Of a stretch of DNA of 64,000 nucleotides, positions 58,095-64,000 are shown in pieces. The translations under genes were made by a program, and so were the position numbers. A model generated the notes under the pieces. The model had not been told where the DNA came from, did no database searches, and saw only the letters and a program-made list of their open reading frames with translations. The stretch comes from the human T2T-CHM13v2.0 reference genome, Homo sapiens, in NCBI RefSeq assembly GCF_009914755.1, contig NC_060932.1; one strand, written 5' to 3'. How positions within the stretch are numbered: the stretch's first letter is position 1; every line of letters starts with the position of its first letter.

Positions 58095-58280
58095 CTAGCA
58101 TAGTTATTAGGGTGTGAATTTCGATCCTGCTTTTTATTAACTGTGGGACATTGACAAGGTACTTAAGCGGGGTGCCTCAATCTCCCCATCTATCACATGG
58201 ATGTAATAACAGTACCTATGGCATTCCACTGATAGGAAGATTAAATAACATCACCGACTTCAAGAATCAATGTGAATTGT
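58095..58280 (+). mobile_element. MIR SINE
   Basis: ttaactgtgggacattgacaaggtacttaa..gtgcctcaatctccccatctatcacatggatgtaataacagtaccta. Confidence 0.65.
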
Positions 58281-59559
58281 TATCATGTTCCCAGAACTGT
58301 ACTTAGAGCATCAGAATTTGGTCTAAGTACATCAATGGCCCCCACTTGATCAGTTGTTGTCAAATGTATCCAATCAATCCAGAAATATATTGAAACGCAG
58401 AAACAAAAGAAAACTTCCGGGGTCTGTTTTCTATTTCAACATAATCTATTTGGCCACAAAGAGGGATTCTGGAATCTGAAAACTTGGGTAGATTCCACAT
58501 TTTTCATTATCTCATTTTTATCATCACGTTTCCTCTATATTCAGAATAATCTTTTTCAGTGACAATCTTTTTCTACACTTTACATTCACTAATGCTATCT
58601 GAACTCTTTATTAATCAGCTAATGTTGAATGTGCATACAGTACCAGGTATACTGTGTGCAAAGCTGCTGAACCCATGACATTTTGCCATTAATCTTTTAG
58701 TTTTCAGGGAACTTCTTTTAATTTTCTGTGCTATCTAAGTAATTTAAATTGAATACATTAATCAAATTTTTCATTCTACACAGGAGTAATTTAACAGTAG
58801 AGCACAGATTCTTCAATTTGAGGCTCTTTTCATACCAAAAAAAAAAAAGATAGTGGCATTTCTTATTAACATCTGTGCACAGAATGCAGCCAAAGAAAAC
58901 ATTTCAAAATATTTCCCCAACAATTACATGTTATTTATGGGGAATTGATCATTAATTTGTCTGTTAATTTTATTGCATTTTTCATATAAACCAGTACAAT
59001 CGTATCTTTGCCAACAATCTCAGGATTTGATTTGTTTTTGTTTTTGTTTCTCTACCTTTTATTTGCCATCTTGCAAACTATTAATGTCAACTTTAACCCA
59101 AAGCTTCTCAAAATGTGGTCACTAGAATACCTGCATCTGGTATGCTTGATAAAAACACTAGAATCCAGACCCAGCCTCGCTGAGCCACCCTATCAGAAAC
59201 TGTGGCCAGCAAGTACTGCCTAGTCCTGCGAGTAACTTCTTGTGTCCACTCATAATCAATCCCTGTAGGATTTTCTATTTAATTTAATGTGTTCATACAT
59301 TTTAAAGAATAAGCAATTTAAATGCAGCATGATTAAAAATCCTTTTGTAAATTTGAGTTGCATAGTTTTTCACGCCAAAATCTTTTCTTGGACAATTAAT
59401 TTAGAATGTTTGCCTTTATTTCTTCTAATGTTTTCCAGAGCAAAGCAGTATAAAATTATGTTAGTATTTTTATTTTATCTGTGTTTTAGTTGGGAAAAAA
59501 ACTATTATCACAAGTCTTTCCGACTTGGCAAATCCCAAAACCAACGTACTACAAATATG

Positions 59560-60440
59560 CATGTACTCATGGCATTGCCTATAAAATAGAGAACTACCAA
59601 GAACATTGAAGTCCCATGTATGTGCCCCTTTCTGGTCTCATGCTCCCATAGAGATGCAATCACTAACCTACACTTTTCTCTTTGTCCCTTCCTGGATTTT
59701 CTTTCAATTTACCATATAAATGTGTACCCACAGACAATATATATTTAAGTTTTATATGTTTTAAGCACTATATAATGTGGGATCATATGCATATATTTTG
59801 CAAATTGCTTTTTTAACTGATGTTTTCAGGAGTCATTTATGTGGATGTGTGTAGTAGCAGTTCATTTATTTTTTACTGCTGTATAGTATTTCATTTTGTG
59901 AGTATACCATAGTCTGTGCATTCAACTATTCGAAGATATTTGGGTTGCTAAGAGTTACTTGCTGTTACAAAGATGTCATTAGTAGTCTTGTTCATATTTC
60001 CTAGTGTCTGTGTGCAAGAATGTATCTAAGTTATGTACCTGGAAATTAAATTACCTGCCCTAAGTTATGCATATATTCCACTTTACTAGTTAAGAACAAA
60101 TTGTTTCCCTGAGTGTTTGTATCAGTTCAGACTCCCATCAGCAGTGTATAACACTTCTCATTGCTCCACATGGATGACCACACTTGGGGTACTCAAACTT
60201 TAATTTTAGCCAATGTGGAGGATGTGAAATATACCTTATTGCTGTTGCAACCAACTTGCAACCTCTGATTTCTAATGAGGTTAAGCATTTTTTGGTGGTT
60301 TATTGGACATGAATGTGATCACTTACATAAAATGCCTTTTGTATTGTAGTTTCCCTTCTACTCTTTTTTCATTCTTATTGATTTCTAGGACTGTGTATAT
60401 TCTAGATCTTAATCATTAGTCTGATGTATGTAATATATAT
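59560..60440 (-). mobile_element. Old L1MC/ME fragment (antisense)
   Basis: gttcatttattttttactgctgtatagtatttcattttgtgagtatacca..actcccatcagcagtgtata..ttttagccaatgtggaggatgtgaaat. Confidence 0.75.
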
Positions 60441-61350
60441 ACATTTTCTTTATTGGACCTTAGTAAACAGCACCTACACATAAACACTTTATACTAAATT
60501 CTCTTCTCAGGGATACTGGAGCCATTCAAGTAATGTGAATTCATGCCCCAACACTGTGGGCTGGCTTATGGTTAGGATTTCTCAGAAAAAAAATAAATAA
60601 ATGGTTTCCGTTTTTTCACTTGGTGATAAGACTGAGACCAGAAAGAATTTGTACTGCCCGCTGGATCATCCTTTGACTGAAGCTTTGATTCTCAGGCATG
60701 GGGGGTCTCCACATAACTGAAGGGGGCCCTGGGCCACCAGGGAAGTGACCCACCCTCTAGGAGACCTCTGCCCCAGGACTCAGTCACTTCTCTATGTCCG
60801 GGCTCTCTCTTCACCTTAACATTTGAGAATAGCCCTCATTTTTTCTCATGTCTACTGTAAAATTAAAGGAAAGCTCTTGCTACACGTCTTGTACTGGAAG
60901 AGCTCCTTAGGTTACTTGGTCTGGCATATTGCTAATAAAACATCCAAGAAATTAAATTAAGGACTAATGCTACAGGGACAATAACATGGTTCATAGTGAC
61001 AATAAGCTTCATGGGAAGCTCATGGTCATCTAAACAGTACTTGTACTGGCTAACTCTGAGGGAGAAGAAGGAGAAAGAGTAGGAGAAAGAGAAGGTGATA
61101 ATTTCTCTATCAGAAAGCGCATATTACTTAAACAAGATAAATTAATGCGGTGAGATAATGTGTGTAAGAAATAATATTTTCTGGATTAGGAATTCCTTGT
61201 TTTACTTAGATTTGTAGTACATTTAAAATAAAGGAGTGAGCGTGTTTATTCTCTCAGTCAATTGATTTCCTTCTTTAATGTCAGCTACAGCATTCAGCTT
61301 CTGGCAAAGACAGACCAAATAGTTCAGACAAACCCTCCTGGTGAAAACAC

Positions 61351-61386
<36 letters not shown>

Positions 61387-61418
61387 CGCGCGCGCGCGCG
61401 TGCATGCACATGTGTGCA
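61351..61418. repeat. (TG)14(CG)11 plus alternating tail, potential Z-DNA
   Basis: 68 bp of uninterrupted pyrimidine-purine alternation. Confidence 0.95.
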
Positions 61419-61574
61419 GATTCTTACATGCACAAAGATATTCATAATTTACATTTATTTAAATTGCATTTCCAGACAAAGTGGAAAGAATAAGTTAGAA
61501 GCAGTATTTAAAAGATAATGGCTGAGAATTTTCCAAAACTGACAGAAGGCACGAAGATGAAAATAGCTAAGACT

Positions 61575-61882
61575 TGGCGGGGTGCAGTGGCTCATGCCTA
61601 TAATCCCAGCACTTTGGGAGGCCAAGATGGGCAGATCACCTGAGGTCAGGAGTTCGTGACCAGCCTGACCAACATGGTGAAACCCCGTCTCTACTAAAAA
61701 TACAAACATTAGGTGGGCTTGGTGGAGGGTGTCTGTAATCCCAGTTACTCGGGAGACTGAGGCATGAAAATTACTTGAACCTGGGAGGTAGAAGAGGTGG
61801 AGGTTGCAGTGAGCTGAGATCGTGCCACTGCACTCCAGGCTGGGTGATAATGAGAGCGAAACTCCGTCTCAAAAAAAAAAAA
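61575..61882 (+). mobile_element. AluS (Sx-like) SINE
   Basis: Full dimer with TSD-like aaaatagctaagact / aaaattggtaagact. Confidence 0.95.
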
Positions 61883-62867
61883 TTGGTAAGACTCTTTACC
61901 TCCAATACTTCACAGTCTATTTAGATCAATGAGTAAATGCATAGTTAAAATACTGGTGTCAAGGGAGGAAGTAGGGAATTCACACAGGAGGAACACCCAA
62001 TGCAAATTGGAGCCATCAGAAAAGGCTTCCACAGTAGATTTTGTGAGAGCTAAAGCATGAAGAGAACAACTACTTATTTTAACATAGTTATATTTATTTT
62101 CATTAACTACCATAATAATTTGAATTATTTTTATGGTAATCATTTTCTTATGCAAATGAAGGAGTAACAGGATTGAAATAGTAAAGTTGAGTTTACAAGC
62201 TGAGCGCCAGAAAAACAAATAAAAGAGACTAATTTTTAACATCTTACCTATTTGAGTTTCAAAGATTCCCTCAGAAAAGCTTAGATTTGTCAAACATTTG
62301 AAATAAATGCCATTGGCAAATCAAACTTCAATATGAGGTTTCTTACGCTCCTCTTTGCTAAGAGTGTAATTTTCCCAACTCAGTGAATTTCTTAAAAAGC
62401 CTATCAAACAGACGTCAACCTTTGAAGCTTCAATTCTCAGGTATGGAGGGTCTCCACATAACTGCCCACTGAAGGGGTCTCTGGGTTTTCAGCAGAAAAA
62501 AAATGCTTGGATTCCAATGAGTTCTGCTCTCTGTAGCATTCAAAAGAGAATTGCACCATTACTGAATCTACATAGACGGTTTTACTACTTATGATAGCCT
62601 GAAATTTAAACCCAGTTCTCATAAACAAATTTATGAAATAAGCTATTTTAATAATTTGTTTTGGATCATGCTCACTTCTAGTAGAACTGAGCATCTCTGA
62701 TATTTTCAGTGGTTTGTTTTGCTCGCTCTCTCTCTGTCCAGTGGAATAAATAATCCTTTAATAAAAACAGAGGCAGACACATGACAAGCAGTTCATCATG
62801 TGAGGAAATTCACATTTAGACAAGCATGCTTTCAAATATAGAGTCCCTTTTTAAATCTTTCAGGGGA

Positions 62868-63522
62868 ATTTTTAAGCTCTATTGAGACATAGTTGATATT
62901 TGCATATTTAAAATGCACTTAATGTATATATTTTGATGAGTTTGGACATATGCCTATACTCATGATACCACAGCCAAGTAGTACTAAACATACTCATCAC
63001 CTCCACAAATTTTCTTGTATTTTTGTGTGGTTTCATTTTTGTTTGGTTTGGTTTGGTTTTGTTTGTGGTAAGAGCACTTAACATGAGATCTATCATCTTA
63101 AAACATTTTAAAGTATACAATTCTGTTTTGTTAACCGCAGATACTGTTCTGCAAAACACATCTCTAGAACTTATTTGTCTTGAATAATTGAAATGTCATA
63201 CCTACTGAGCAACAAATCCCCATTTCCTCCTCCCCACAACCCCTGGCAACCACCATTCTATTCTCTGCTTCTGTGAATTTGACTATTTTAGATTCTTCAT
63301 ATGAATGGAATCATGCAGTGTTTGTCCTTCTGTGACTGGCTTATTTCACTTAACATAATATCTTTCAGGTCAGTTTATGTTGTCACAAATGGTAGGATTT
63401 CCTTTTCTTTTAAGGCTGAATAATAGTCCACGTGTGTGTGTGCGCGTGCATACATATATATACATGCACACACGCACATACAAATATATATATATAATAT
63501 TTTCTTTATTCATTCAGATGTC
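62868..63522 (-). mobile_element. L1MA/MB 3' end (antisense)
   Basis: tgtggtaagagcacttaacatgagatcta..cccctggcaaccaccattctattctctgcttctgtgaatttgactattttagat..tgtgactggcttatttcacttaacataat. Confidence 0.88.
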
Positions 63523-63599
63523 CTTGACCTTTTGTGTAGCAAAGGTCAATAAATAAATTGCATCATAAGAACCACATCTAAATTAAAATCTTCTTGATA

Positions 63600-63860
63600 T
63601 TTACTCATGCACTGATTCATTAAATCAATAAATATTTCTAAAAGGCCCACTTTGTGCCAGTCTCCTGTACTAGCTCCTGAGAATATATGTCGAGTAAGAG
63701 AAAGTTTTTGTCCTCTCAAAATTCCAAGTTGAAAGAGAGAAAAACAGGTAAGTCAGAGTATGATGAGCACATTGATCGTGATTCACCTGGAATGACAGAG
63801 AAGGGCACCTGAGTCACCCTGGAGCAGGAAGGGGAGGCCCTGGATCTGGCCTGTCAACAA
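63600..63860 (-). mobile_element. L2 3' end (antisense)
   Basis: ttcattaaatcaataaatatttctaaaaggcccactttgtgccag. Confidence 0.55.
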
Positions 63861-64000
63861 GACAACTGGCTCCAGGAAGTCACTGTCTGTAGTCATTTAT
63901 CTTTTTATCTTCCATAAGCACCTACTGTAGGCTCTGCACAATGGAGGTGAAAAGACAATGGAGCTAAGAAAGCAGACTAAAATAAAAAGAGAGTTCACAG

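Overview
This is primate (human or great ape) non-coding DNA, intergenic or deep intronic. The evidence is about 15 AluJ/AluS elements, two young 5'-truncated L1PA insertions, old L1M/L2/MIR fragments, MaLR/ERVL LTRs and Tigger/MER DNA-transposon fossils, including a near full-length Tigger1. I find no supportable protein-coding gene, RNA gene or CRISPR array. The ORFs I can recognise come from Alu, L1 ORF2, Tigger1 transposase or CA/TG repeats, and the rest look like chance ORFs. I cannot support a novel gene-encoded system here. The most unusual signal is a set of local sequence copies that repeat families do not explain: a 276-bp ~99% identical direct copy 1380 bp from its donor, a ~100-bp inverted copy inserted into an MLT1E LTR, a ~110-bp fold-back hairpin inside an L1 next to (AT)25, a ~60-bp dispersed copy and a 48-bp tandem duplication. 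Other observations are a young L1 with no TSD, an LTR inside a Tigger1 terminal repeat, two large CA-rich arrays, a strong Z-DNA tract and several motif-dense enhancer candidates. Subfamily names come from recalled consensus sequences and boundaries of old repeats are approximate; both need RepeatMasker/Dfam confirmation.
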